From Candidatus Saganbacteria bacterium (GTDB taxonomy: Bacteria; Margulisbacteria; WOR-1; O2-12-FULL-45-9): a DNA stretch of 64,000 nucleotides. Shown here in pieces: positions 20,186-27,711 of this stretch. Where the stretch lies: assembly GCA_016932255.1 (NCBI GenBank), contig JAFGDE010000019.1, positions 8,614-72,613 of the forward strand, given 5' to 3'. The position numbers and the translations under genes were made by a program. The notes below the pieces were generated by a model that worked only from the letters and a program-made list of their open reading frames with translations, made no database searches and was not told where the DNA came from. Numbering within the stretch: the first letter of the stretch is position 1; each line of letters begins with the position of its first letter.

Positions 20186-20832
20186 TCACGGATAGTGGGC
20201 TTATGGGAATAATTCGGCATCAGCTTGAGCGGGTCAGCGGCCCGGCCTGCGTTGATCAGTTCAAGGCCGAGCCGGGCGACATTGATGCCGTATGGGTGTG
20301 AATGGATCTCCTCGGTAAAATGATAGTTATCACTTTTTAGCTCAGCGCGGAACTCATCAGTTTTTCCCAGCAGATGGATCTCGCCTTTGATCCGGCCGAA
20401 CTGTTCAAGCATCGTTGAGCGCTTCAAGACCAGATCGTCGCTTAGCCGTTTTAAACGGCCCTGAGATGCACCAAAGAGAGCAAAATTATATTCATCCCGC
20501 TTGGCATCAAGGATAACCGCCATGGTCCCGTTTAGATCAACAAGATTAAAAGCTATCGCCTTAAGAGTGGAAAGACCAACAAGCGGCTTGTTAAGCACTT
20601 GCGCCATTGTCTTGGCCGCGGCCAGTCCGCCGCGCAGGCCGGAATATGAGCCCGGGCCCTGGGCCACGGCAATGCCTTCGATCTGTTCCGGTTTGATGCC
20701 AGCGGCCTCGATGTAGAACAGAAGTTTTTCCGAACGCAGGTCAGCCACGGTCGTTTCCGCCAGCACGCGGTCGTCATCGACCAGGCCGATGCTGATCACT
20801 TTAGTCGCGCTGCTAAGTCCGAGGATACGCAT
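20173..20832 (-). CDS. tsaB: tRNA t6A biosynthesis protein TsaB
   Basis: 219 aa with MRILGLSSAT...GIAVAQGPGSYSGLRGGLAAAKTMA. Confidence 0.85.
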   Translation of the reverse strand: MRILGLSSATKVISIGLVDDDRVLAETTVADLRSEKLLFYIEAAGIKPEQIEGIAVAQGPGSYSGLRGGLAAAKTMAQVLNKPLVGLSTLKAIAFNLVDLNGTMAVILDAKRDEYNFALFGASQGRLKRLSDDLVLKRSTMLEQFGRIKGEIHLLGKTDEFRAELKSDNYHFTEEIHSHPYGINVARLGLELINAGRAADPLKLMPNYSHKPTIREWKK

Positions 20833-21293
20833 ATTTTTCTCTCCGTGTCTGAAATAACCTCGAGTTCGATCTGGTGGGCTGTTCCCGGCATCAGACTGCC
20901 CAGTTTCTCAGCCCATTCGATCACGCAAACACCGCCGCGGTCAAAATATTCCTCGATCCCCAAGTCCTCGACCTCTGCTTCGCTCTCTAAACGGTACAAG
21001 TCAACATGAAAGAACGGCAGCCGGCCCGGGTACTCGTTTACAATAATGAAAGTCGGTGAAGTGACATAATCGCTGACCCCGGCTCCCTTGCCAATCCCCT
21101 GGATCAGGGTGGTCTTGCCTGCCCCCAGCTGTCCGGTCAAAGCAACAACATCGTTGGGCAATAAAAAAGCGCCGATCCTTTTGCCCAGCTCAACGGTCTC
21201 TTCGGCGCTTTTTGTAACGAACTCTTTACCAGCGTTCGTAATCGTCGTAGCCCCCGCCCTTGATCTCCTTGAACCCGGGCAGCTCGTCATCAT
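20796..21293 (-). CDS. tsaE: tRNA t6A biosynthesis ATPase TsaE (start uncertain)
   Basis: Motifs EETVELGKRIG...VALTGQLGAGKTTLIQGI...SPTF and HVDLYRL are present. The track ORF extends to 21338 and overlaps folK. No clean start lies near the conserved core, so the 5' end is approximate. Confidence 0.75.
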   Translation of the reverse strand: MMTSCPGSRRSRAGATTITNAGKEFVTKSAEETVELGKRIGAFLLPNDVVALTGQLGAGKTTLIQGIGKGAGVSDYVTSPTFIIVNEYPGRLPFFHVDLYRLESEAEVEDLGIEEYFDRGGVCVIEWAEKLGSLMPGTAHQIELEVISDTERKICVSSDLAARLK

Positions 21294-21882
21294 ATTTCTC
21301 GCCTGACTCAGCCTTACGCTCCTCATACAAAGCTTCAACGGTCTTTTCCAGTATGGGATGCATGGCCTGCGGCGCGATCTCGCGCATGGGCTTGAGCACG
21401 AACATACGCTCGTGCATCAGCGGATGCGGGATCTGCAGCTTGTCGTCAGAAACGATCTCATCACCGTAGAACAGGATATCGATATCAATAGTACGCGGCC
21501 CCCACTCGATCTCGCGCTCGCGGCCAAGGGTCGCTTCGATCTCATGGCAGAGGTCCAGCAGCTTTTCCGGCGGCAGTTTAGTGCGCACGGCCACTGCCGC
21601 GTTGATGAACGGCGGCTGGCCGCCGCTGCCTTCAGCCTCGGTCTCAAAATTGCTCGAGTGTTTCAGCAGCTCGACGTTCGGGTTCTTCTCCAGCAGAAAA
21701 AGCGCCTGCTCGACATATTCCTCGCGGTCGCCCACATTGCTGCCGATACCAAGATAAGCGATGACCTTGCCGCGCTTGCCTTTCTTGCCTGCTTTGGACT
21801 TTTTGGCCTTTTTAGGCGCGCTCTTTTTCTTGGCCTTGGCCGGCCGGGCCTTTTTGCTGGCGGTCTTTTGCTTCTTTGCCAT
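21226..21882 (-). CDS. folK: HPPK (FolK) with a Lys/Ala-rich N-terminal tail
   Basis: 218 aa. The core AYLGIGSNVGDRE...GPRTIDIDIL...LQIPHP is preceded by about 39 residues, MAKKQKTASKKARPAKAKKKSAPKKAKKSKAGKKGKRGK. Confidence 0.85.
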   Translation of the reverse strand: MAKKQKTASKKARPAKAKKKSAPKKAKKSKAGKKGKRGKVIAYLGIGSNVGDREEYVEQALFLLEKNPNVELLKHSSNFETEAEGSGGQPPFINAAVAVRTKLPPEKLLDLCHEIEATLGREREIEWGPRTIDIDILFYGDEIVSDDKLQIPHPLMHERMFVLKPMREIAPQAMHPILEKTVEALYEERKAESGEKYDDELPGFKEIKGGGYDDYERW

Positions 21883-21884
21883 TA

Positions 21885-23105
21885 TTATATCCTCCTGAGT
21901 TGATCTTCTTGTTGTCTGACTATCGCGTCGCTCATCCTGGCGACCCGGGCCATTTCTTTCACGTCGTGCACCCTGATGATATCCGCCCCGTTGTTCACGG
22001 CCAGCGCTACTGTCGCGGCAGTCCCTTCAAGCCTGTCCTTCACCGGCAGGTCAAGGACCGCTCCGATCAGCGATTTTCTTGAAGTGCCGATCAGGATAGG
22101 TCGGCCCAGAACTTTCAGTTCTCTCAAACGGCGTAATATCTCAAGGTTATGAGCAACGGTCTTGCCGAAACCGATACCCGGATCGATCAATATTTTCTCA
22201 TGTAGTATACCAGCCTTTTTCCCAATTGCAAGTCCTTCGCTCAGGTATTCGATGATCTCCGAGATCAGGTCGGTATAACGCGGGTCTTGCTGCATGTCGC
22301 CCGGCCGGCCTTTGATGTGCATCAGGCAGAGCGCTGTGCCGGATTTGGCCGCCACGGCAGCCAGCCGGCTGTCAAAATGCAGGCCTGAGATATCGTTGAT
22401 CATGACCGCGCCGGCCGCAACAGCGGCTTCGGCCACCTCGGCTTTGGTCGTATCGATCGAGACCGGCACGGCTGTTTCCTGGCCCAGCTGTTCGATCACC
22501 GGGACAACGCGGTCGATCTCCTGCTTGACCGGCAGGGGCTTGGCGCCGGGCCTGGTCGATTCTCCGCCGACATCTATTATATCAGCGCCGTCAGCGATCA
22601 GCTGTTTAGCCCTGGCTACAGCGGCTTCCCGGTCAAGGCACTGCCCGCCGTCGGAAAAAGAATCAGGCGTGACATTGACCACGCCCATGATATAAGTGCG
22701 TTGGCCAAACGTCCATTGTCCCTCCCCCAGTCTGAGCGGCGCCGGCGCGCCGAAATAATTTTGCAGCGCGGTCTCCAGTTCAAGAGCCAGCTGCGGCAGG
22801 CCGAACTGGTGGGCCTTAAGCTTAGCGATCAGCTGGCGCAGCTGCCTGTGAGTGCCAAACAACAAGAGATCAGTGGTCTTGACCGAATGATCGATCGAGC
22901 CGTAGGCAGTGGCCGCCTCCGCGCCAAAGGAAAGCATTTCCTGTTTGATGATATTGGCAGCCGTCGGCTTGAGGCCCTTGACCTTAAAAACCAGGCTGAC
23001 CGCTTTAGGCGCCATTATCTCGATGCCGGTGGGATCGGAACCGATAGCCGCCAGTTCGGCTTTTGCCGCGGCGATATCGGGGATGAGGATGAGGCGCGCT
23101 GTCAT
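21885..23105 (-). CDS. folP: Dihydropteroate synthase with an N-terminal extension of about 130 aa
   Basis: 406 aa with the pterin-binding core IMGVVNVTPDSFSDGG, DIIDVGGESTRPG and FGKT. The extra N-terminal domain is unassigned. Confidence 0.9.
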   Translation of the reverse strand: MTARLILIPDIAAAKAELAAIGSDPTGIEIMAPKAVSLVFKVKGLKPTAANIIKQEMLSFGAEAATAYGSIDHSVKTTDLLLFGTHRQLRQLIAKLKAHQFGLPQLALELETALQNYFGAPAPLRLGEGQWTFGQRTYIMGVVNVTPDSFSDGGQCLDREAAVARAKQLIADGADIIDVGGESTRPGAKPLPVKQEIDRVVPVIEQLGQETAVPVSIDTTKAEVAEAAVAAGAVMINDISGLHFDSRLAAVAAKSGTALCLMHIKGRPGDMQQDPRYTDLISEIIEYLSEGLAIGKKAGILHEKILIDPGIGFGKTVAHNLEILRRLRELKVLGRPILIGTSRKSLIGAVLDLPVKDRLEGTAATVALAVNNGADIIRVHDVKEMARVARMSDAIVRQQEDQLRRI

Positions 23106-24475
23106 AACAGCTCCAGCTTGACCGCTTTTTTCGTTCGCTTGGTGATCTTGGCGCGTTCGTCCAGGCGGAGTCCCCCGACCCAGATGATCTTGCCCGCGCT
23201 CTCGAATATCGGCACGCTGTCGCGCGCTTCTTGAGGCACTTTCTCGTCAACAAAGAAATCCTGGAGCTTCTTGCTGCTGCGCATGCCCAAGGGAAAGAAC
23301 TTGTCCCCGTCAGTACGATTGCGCACGATCAAGTTGCGGCCGAGTGCTGCGCTGTCCACCAGGGCCACGGCATTGTCATTGACCGGGGCGAACTCTTCCA
23401 CCTCACTAGCGCGGATAGTGCGGCCGATCTCCTTGATTTCCAGCTCTCCCGGCACTGACAGAGCGTAAAAGAAGCTCAGGCTCTCGCTGGCCTTCGGCTT
23501 TTCCCTGCTGACTATCAGCTGCAATCCGTTGCCCCTGACATAGATGCCACCGGGCAGATGGGTCTCCCAGCGCTCGGTGTTCTCCAGCTTGTCCAGGATC
23601 TCCTGGATGTGTTTGTAGGTCAGGTCGAAAAGATCACCCTTGACCCGCTCGATCGCCTTGCGCAGCAGATGGCCCTGCAGGGCGTAGTCCCACTCCAGGA
23701 TGCCCTCGATATCCAGCCGCAGTTCATTGTCGCCGACCGAGACATAGACATCGGCCAGCGCCTCTTCGGCCATGCCGTCGACGAACTCACGGTCCTCGGT
23801 CAAAAGCAGGATCGTCTGCAGGATGATCTCTTTGATGTTGATGTTGTAGATCTTAAGCTGGGGGATCAGCTTGAGCCGCACACGGTTGCGCATGTACTTT
23901 GATTCGTAATTAGTGTAATCGCGCCTGGGCACCAGTTTGAGCGCGCCGACGTAGTCCTCGATCTGGCGGCGCCAGATGCTGATCATGGGCCGCACTATCC
24001 TGCCGCGTACCGGCGGTATGCCGCAAAGCCCTTTCAGGCCCGAGCCGCGCAGCAGCCGCATCAGGAACGTTTCGACGTTATCATCGGCCGAATGGGCCAC
24101 CGCGATCTTGCTCGCCTTGACCTGATTGGCCACACGCTCAAAGAAGCCATAGCGCACCCGGCGGGCCGCGTCTTCCAGACCGATATTCTCTTCTTTGGCG
24201 TAGGACTGGACGTCGAATGACTCAACTGACAGCGGCAGGCCGAGCTTCTGGGCCAGGCCCTGAACGAAGCGCACGTCCAGCTCCGCGTCGTTCTTGCGGA
24301 TCATGTGGTTCAGATGGGCGATGTGCAGGTCCAGGCCTAGCTGCTGCTTGTATTCGGCTAAAAGATAGAGCAGCGCGGTCGAATCTGCGCCGCCGGACAC
24401 GGCCACAACGACCCTCTCTCCCGGCTCGAACATATGGTATTCAGAGATCGTTTCGAGGAATTTTTTCTTGATCAT
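23102..24475 (-). CDS. tilS: tRNA(Ile)-lysidine synthase
   Basis: PP-loop VAVSGGADSTALL. I moved the start to the internal ATG (MIKKKFLET) because the track extension to 24631 overlaps the upstream membrane-protein gene. The stop overlaps the folP start (ATGA). Confidence 0.85.
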   Translation of the reverse strand: MIKKKFLETISEYHMFEPGERVVVAVSGGADSTALLYLLAEYKQQLGLDLHIAHLNHMIRKNDAELDVRFVQGLAQKLGLPLSVESFDVQSYAKEENIGLEDAARRVRYGFFERVANQVKASKIAVAHSADDNVETFLMRLLRGSGLKGLCGIPPVRGRIVRPMISIWRRQIEDYVGALKLVPRRDYTNYESKYMRNRVRLKLIPQLKIYNINIKEIILQTILLLTEDREFVDGMAEEALADVYVSVGDNELRLDIEGILEWDYALQGHLLRKAIERVKGDLFDLTYKHIQEILDKLENTERWETHLPGGIYVRGNGLQLIVSREKPKASESLSFFYALSVPGELEIKEIGRTIRASEVEEFAPVNDNAVALVDSAALGRNLIVRNRTDGDKFFPLGMRSSKKLQDFFVDEKVPQEARDSVPIFESAGKIIWVGGLRLDERAKITKRTKKAVKLELL

Positions 24476-24477
24476 GT

Positions 24478-24762
24478 TTATTTCGGTATCCGAAAGACCA
24501 CGCCAATAAAACTGCGGTACGCACAGAACACCGCGTAAGCTCCCAGCACGATCAGGACCGTTTGCTCGATCCACTCCTGGCCCGGATCGGCCAGCGCGCG
24601 CTGGCCGAAGAAAATGATGAAGAAGCAGCACCAGAGCAGCAGGGCCTGGCCGCCATGGAAGCCGATATATTCCTTTTTACGCAGGTCAGTCAGGACAATA
24701 TAAAGCGCCGGTATGCCGAAAAGATAAGCTGAGGCCACCAAAATACTGTCCTTGATCTTCAT
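24478..24762 (-). CDS. Small integral membrane protein
   Basis: 94 aa with three hydrophobic helices. It lies immediately upstream of tilS. No function is assigned. Confidence 0.5.
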   Translation of the reverse strand: MKIKDSILVASAYLFGIPALYIVLTDLRKKEYIGFHGGQALLLWCCFFIIFFGQRALADPGQEWIEQTVLIVLGAYAVFCAYRSFIGVVFRIPK

Positions 24763-24878
24763 TGCTTACACCCTATTAAGACAGTTGAAAAGTTGAAAGC
24801 AGTGAGGTGTAAGTTGCTAATGAATATAATGATCATATCCACATCTACTTTCTACTCACCACTAACTAATTACAAGAT

Positions 24879-24952
24879 TGGCTGGGAGTGGATTCGAACC
24901 ACCGACACAGCGGGTATGAGCCGCTTGCTCTAACCAACTGAGCTACCCAGCC
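24879..24952 (-). tRNA. tRNA with CAU anticodon (elongator Met or lysidine-dependent Ile2; not initiator)
   Basis: The reverse complement folds as a cloverleaf: acceptor GGCTGGG/CCCAGCC, D-arm GCTC/GAGC, anticodon arm AGCGG-CTCATAC-CCGCT (CAT at 24916-24918), T-arm GGTGG-TTCGAAT-CCACT. G1-C72 is paired and CCA is not encoded. Confidence 0.85.
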
Positions 24953-25050
24953 ATAATGCTCACAACTGAGTCCCGATGTCCGCCAGAGGCGGGATCGGGA
25001 TCCCGACTTTCTATATTATAATACAACAATGTCGTCGGGACTACCCAGCC
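24953..25050. repeat. 88-bp hairpin-rich module flanked by a 10-bp direct repeat of the tRNA 5' end
   Basis: CTACCCAGCC occurs at 24943-24952 (the first 10 nt of the tRNA on the minus strand) and again at 25041-25050. The intervening DNA holds the TCCGCCAGAGGCGG and TCCCGAC...GTCGGGA hairpins and a TATTATAAT core, all shared with other repeat modules. Confidence 0.7.
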
Positions 25051-25095
25051 ACGCGGGAAACACCGAGATTTCAGGATATCATAAGTAAAAAATAT

Positions 25096-25124
25096 TTGCA
25101 ATAATCAAAGGCAGGTGTTACAAT
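25096..25124 (+). promoter_or_regulatory. Sigma70-like promoter for the 25150 response regulator
   Basis: TTGCAA, 17-nt spacer, TACAAT, followed by a GGAGG SD and a GTG start. Confidence 0.55.
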
Positions 25125-25149
25125 ATTTGCCAAACGGAGGTACAAGCAC

Positions 25150-25572
25150 GTGACAGAAAGCGTTAGGATCGCGGTTATCGACGATGAAGAAGGTGTCAGG
25201 GAATCGTTCAAGATGATCCTGAAGATCAAAGATTATGACGTCGATGTCTTTGAGGACGGCGAGAAAGCCATCGCCAACATCAAGAAGGACAAGTATGACC
25301 TCGCTTTTATTGACTATAAACTTCCCGGCATGGACGGTATCGAGGTCTTAAGGAAGCTCAAGGAGATCGATCCGACCGTTGAGGTCATTATCGTCACAGC
25401 CTACGCCTCGGAATCGTCTCAGGCCAACGCCATCACCCTGGGCGCTTTGGAATACCTGCGCAAACCCTTCCTGATGGAAGAGATCTACGAACTGGTCGAG
25501 CGCGGCCTCCGTAAAAGAAGGACCAGGGGTACGGGCAAGAAGGACTCAGGACCGGTCGGTCCGATCCACTAG
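25150..25572 (+). CDS. Single-domain response regulator
   Basis: 140 aa with IAVIDDEEG...DLAFIDYKLPGMDG...VIIVTA...KPF. Confidence 0.85.
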   Translation: MTESVRIAVIDDEEGVRESFKMILKIKDYDVDVFEDGEKAIANIKKDKYDLAFIDYKLPGMDGIEVLRKLKEIDPTVEVIIVTAYASESSQANAITLGALEYLRKPFLMEEIYELVERGLRKRRTRGTGKKDSGPVGPIH

Positions 25573-26492
25573 TCGTTGCGGCCGACCGCCAGCATTCTCT
25601 CGATCGCCAGTTTGGCTTTAGCCGCTGTTTCAGGCGCCACTCTAACCTCTGTCTTTAATTCCTCCAGCGACCAGAGCACTTTCTCCAGCGTGGTCAGCTT
25701 CATATTGGGGCAAACAGCGCCGTCATCCAACGGGTAGAACTTCTTTCCAAAACTGTCCTGCTGCAGCCTGTAGACCATGCCGACCTCTGTACCTACGATA
25801 AATTCTTTAGCCGATGTTTCCCTGGCGTACTTGAGCATGCCGCCTGTTGAGGCGACTTCATCAGCCAGAGCGATCGTCTCCGGCCGGCACTCAGGATGGA
25901 CCATGACCTTGGCTTGAGGATGCTGTTTTTTAGCAGCCAGAACATGTTCCGGCAGTATCCGGGCGTGGGTCGGGCAATAGCCCTGTGCCAGAATGAACTT
26001 CTTGTCAGGGACCTTGGTCGAAGTGTAATGCCCAAGGAACTTATCCGGCACAAAGATGATCTCTTTGGCGTCTTTCAGCGAGGCGCAGACCTTGATCGAA
26101 TTGGCGGACGTACAGCAAATGTCTGATTCAGCCTTGACCTCAGCTGAAGAATTGACATAACAGACCACTTTAGCCTTGGGATATTTCTTTTTCAGCTTCC
26201 TCACCCCGGCTGCGTCGATCATGTCGGCCATGGGACAGCCGGCATTAGCATCCGGCATGATGACTTTTTTGTCCGGCGAGATGATGGCCGCGGTCTCGGC
26301 CATGAAGTGGACCCCGCAAAAAACGATGGCCTGCGCTTTGGTCCGGGAGGCTTCCAGCGACAGGCCCAGGGAGTCGCCGCGAAAGTCCGCGATATCCTGA
26401 ACTTCGTCCGGCTGGTAATTATGCACCAGAATGACCGCGTCACGTTCTTGTTTCAGTTTATTTATCTTTTGAACTAATGAGTCCGCCGCCAA
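25569..26492 (-). CDS. nadA: Quinolinate synthase
   Basis: 307 aa with ILVHNYQ...FCGVHFMAETA...YVNSSAEVKA...HPEC. Confidence 0.9.
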   Translation of the reverse strand: MAADSLVQKINKLKQERDAVILVHNYQPDEVQDIADFRGDSLGLSLEASRTKAQAIVFCGVHFMAETAAIISPDKKVIMPDANAGCPMADMIDAAGVRKLKKKYPKAKVVCYVNSSAEVKAESDICCTSANSIKVCASLKDAKEIIFVPDKFLGHYTSTKVPDKKFILAQGYCPTHARILPEHVLAAKKQHPQAKVMVHPECRPETIALADEVASTGGMLKYARETSAKEFIVGTEVGMVYRLQQDSFGKKFYPLDDGAVCPNMKLTTLEKVLWSLEELKTEVRVAPETAAKAKLAIERMLAVGRND

Positions 26493-27603
26493 TGACCTCG
26501 TCTCCTTTATAAAATACCATAGACTGACCAGGAGTTATTGCTAACTGAGATTCTTTAAAAATTAACCGGGCTCTGGGCCTGCCTGCCGGACAGGCAGGTT
26601 CTAGGTGCTGGGTGCTGGGTGCTGGGACCAGCATCGCAGCAGCCTCCGGCGAATTATAGCGTATCTTGGCCATGACCGCCAAATCCCCCTCAGGTATACT
26701 GCCGGAAATATAATTGATCTCTTCAGCCGCAAGCTCCGTGCCCATGACATCCGCCTGGTCGCCGATAACGACCTGGTTCTTCTGCGGGTCGAGCCTGACA
26801 ACGTATTTGGGCCGTCCCTGGTAATGGCCAATGCCTTTGCGCTGGCCCAGCGTATAGAAACAAATGCCTTCGTGCTGGCCGACGACTTTGCCCTGCTGGT
26901 CAACAATATCGCCCGAGCGGACAGCCTCGGGACACTGCAAACGCAAAAAAGCCCCGTAATCATCATGATCGATAAAACAGATCTCCTGGCTCTCAGCTTT
27001 ATCATGCACTGATAGACCGAGCTCTTTGGCTTTCTTCCTAATCTCCTCCTTGGTCAGCTCACCCAGCGGGAATAAGGTCCGGCTCAGCCTGGCCTGATCA
27101 AGAACATAAAGAAAATACGACTGGTCTTTTTTCGGATCCTTGCCCTTTAACAATTTATAAATAACATGACCTTCATTCTTCATTCCGCACCTGCCTGCCG
27201 GCAGGCAGGATTCTTCATTCTGCATTATCCTCGCATAATGCCCCGTAGCTAACTTCTCCGCTCCCAGCTCTTTAGCTTCCTGCCAGAGCAGATCGAACTT
27301 GATCTCGCGGTTGCAGCGGATACAGGGATTGGGCGTTCTGCCCTGTTTATATTCATTGATAAAAACATCCACGACCTTCTGCCTGAACTCATCGCTCAGG
27401 TCAAAGACATGATGCTCGATGCCCAGCTTGTCTGCGACCTTTTTGGCTTCACGCGCTGCCTGGTCTTTGCCCGGCCAAACGATCATGGTCACCCCGATGA
27501 CCTCATGGCCCTGCTCTTTGAGCAAAGCAGCGGCCGTGGACGAATCAACCCCGCCGGACATGGCTAGAGCGACTTTTTGCCTGTTTTTAATGAAATTGCT
27601 CAT
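26458..27603 (-). CDS. mnmA: tRNA 2-thiouridine(34) synthase MnmA carrying two in-frame repeat-derived insertions
   Basis: 381 aa with PP-loop VALAMSGGVDSS, NPCIRCN, ATGHYAR, KDQSYFLY and ITPGQSMVFY. Two extra segments are encoded by repeat DNA (26578-26627 and 27170-27230). Confidence 0.9.
   Translation of the reverse strand: MSNFIKNRQKVALAMSGGVDSSTAAALLKEQGHEVIGVTMIVWPGKDQAAREAKKVADKLGIEHHVFDLSDEFRQKVVDVFINEYKQGRTPNPCIRCNREIKFDLLWQEAKELGAEKLATGHYARIMQNEESCLPAGRCGMKNEGHVIYKLLKGKDPKKDQSYFLYVLDQARLSRTLFPLGELTKEEIRKKAKELGLSVHDKAESQEICFIDHDDYGAFLRLQCPEAVRSGDIVDQQGKVVGQHEGICFYTLGQRKGIGHYQGRPKYVVRLDPQKNQVVIGDQADVMGTELAAEEINYISGSIPEGDLAVMAKIRYNSPEAAAMLVPAPSTQHLEPACPAGRPRARLIFKESQLAITPGQSMVFYKGDEVIGGGLISSKDK
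26578..26627. repeat. Palindrome variant plus 8-bp satellite inside mnmA
   Basis: CCTGCCTGCCGGACAGGCAGG (a 21-bp variant with a central A) followed by TTCTAGGTGCTGGGTGCTGGGTGCTGGGA. It reads in-frame as ...PAPSTQHLEPACPAGRPRA.... Confidence 0.85.
27170..27230. repeat. Type-C arm split by the 20-bp palindrome, inside mnmA
   Basis: CCTTCATTCTTCATTCCGCA + CCTGCCTGCCGGCAGGCAGG (27190-27209) + ATTCTTCATTCTGCATTATCC. It reads in-frame as ...MQNEESCLPAGRCGMKNEGH.... Confidence 0.85.
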
Positions 27604-27666
27604 TATTTTTCTTATATTATAACATTATTTTATAGCATTTATTAACCCCTACTATTCCGCAAGTTT

Positions 27667-27694
27667 TTGACGTTTTTCTACGATATATTAGTAT
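27667..27694 (+). promoter_or_regulatory. Possible promoter for the 27712 gene
   Basis: TTGACG, 16-nt spacer, TAGTAT, then a GGGAGA SD about 9 nt before the ATG at 27712. Confidence 0.45.
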
Positions 27695-27711
27695 TAGGGA
27701 GAACATCAAGA

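Noticed and set aside
24476-24631. The track gives the tilS ORF an N-terminal extension of 52 codons.
   Set aside because: The extension overlaps the upstream membrane-protein gene in another frame and is Arg/Gly-rich. The internal ATG gives a canonical TilS N-terminus, with the PP-loop following shortly after.
24879-25572. A prophage or integrative-element insertion at the tRNA gene.
   Set aside because: No integrase or phage genes flank the tRNA. The duplicated 10-mer is at the tRNA 5' end and brackets only 88 bp of hairpin repeat.
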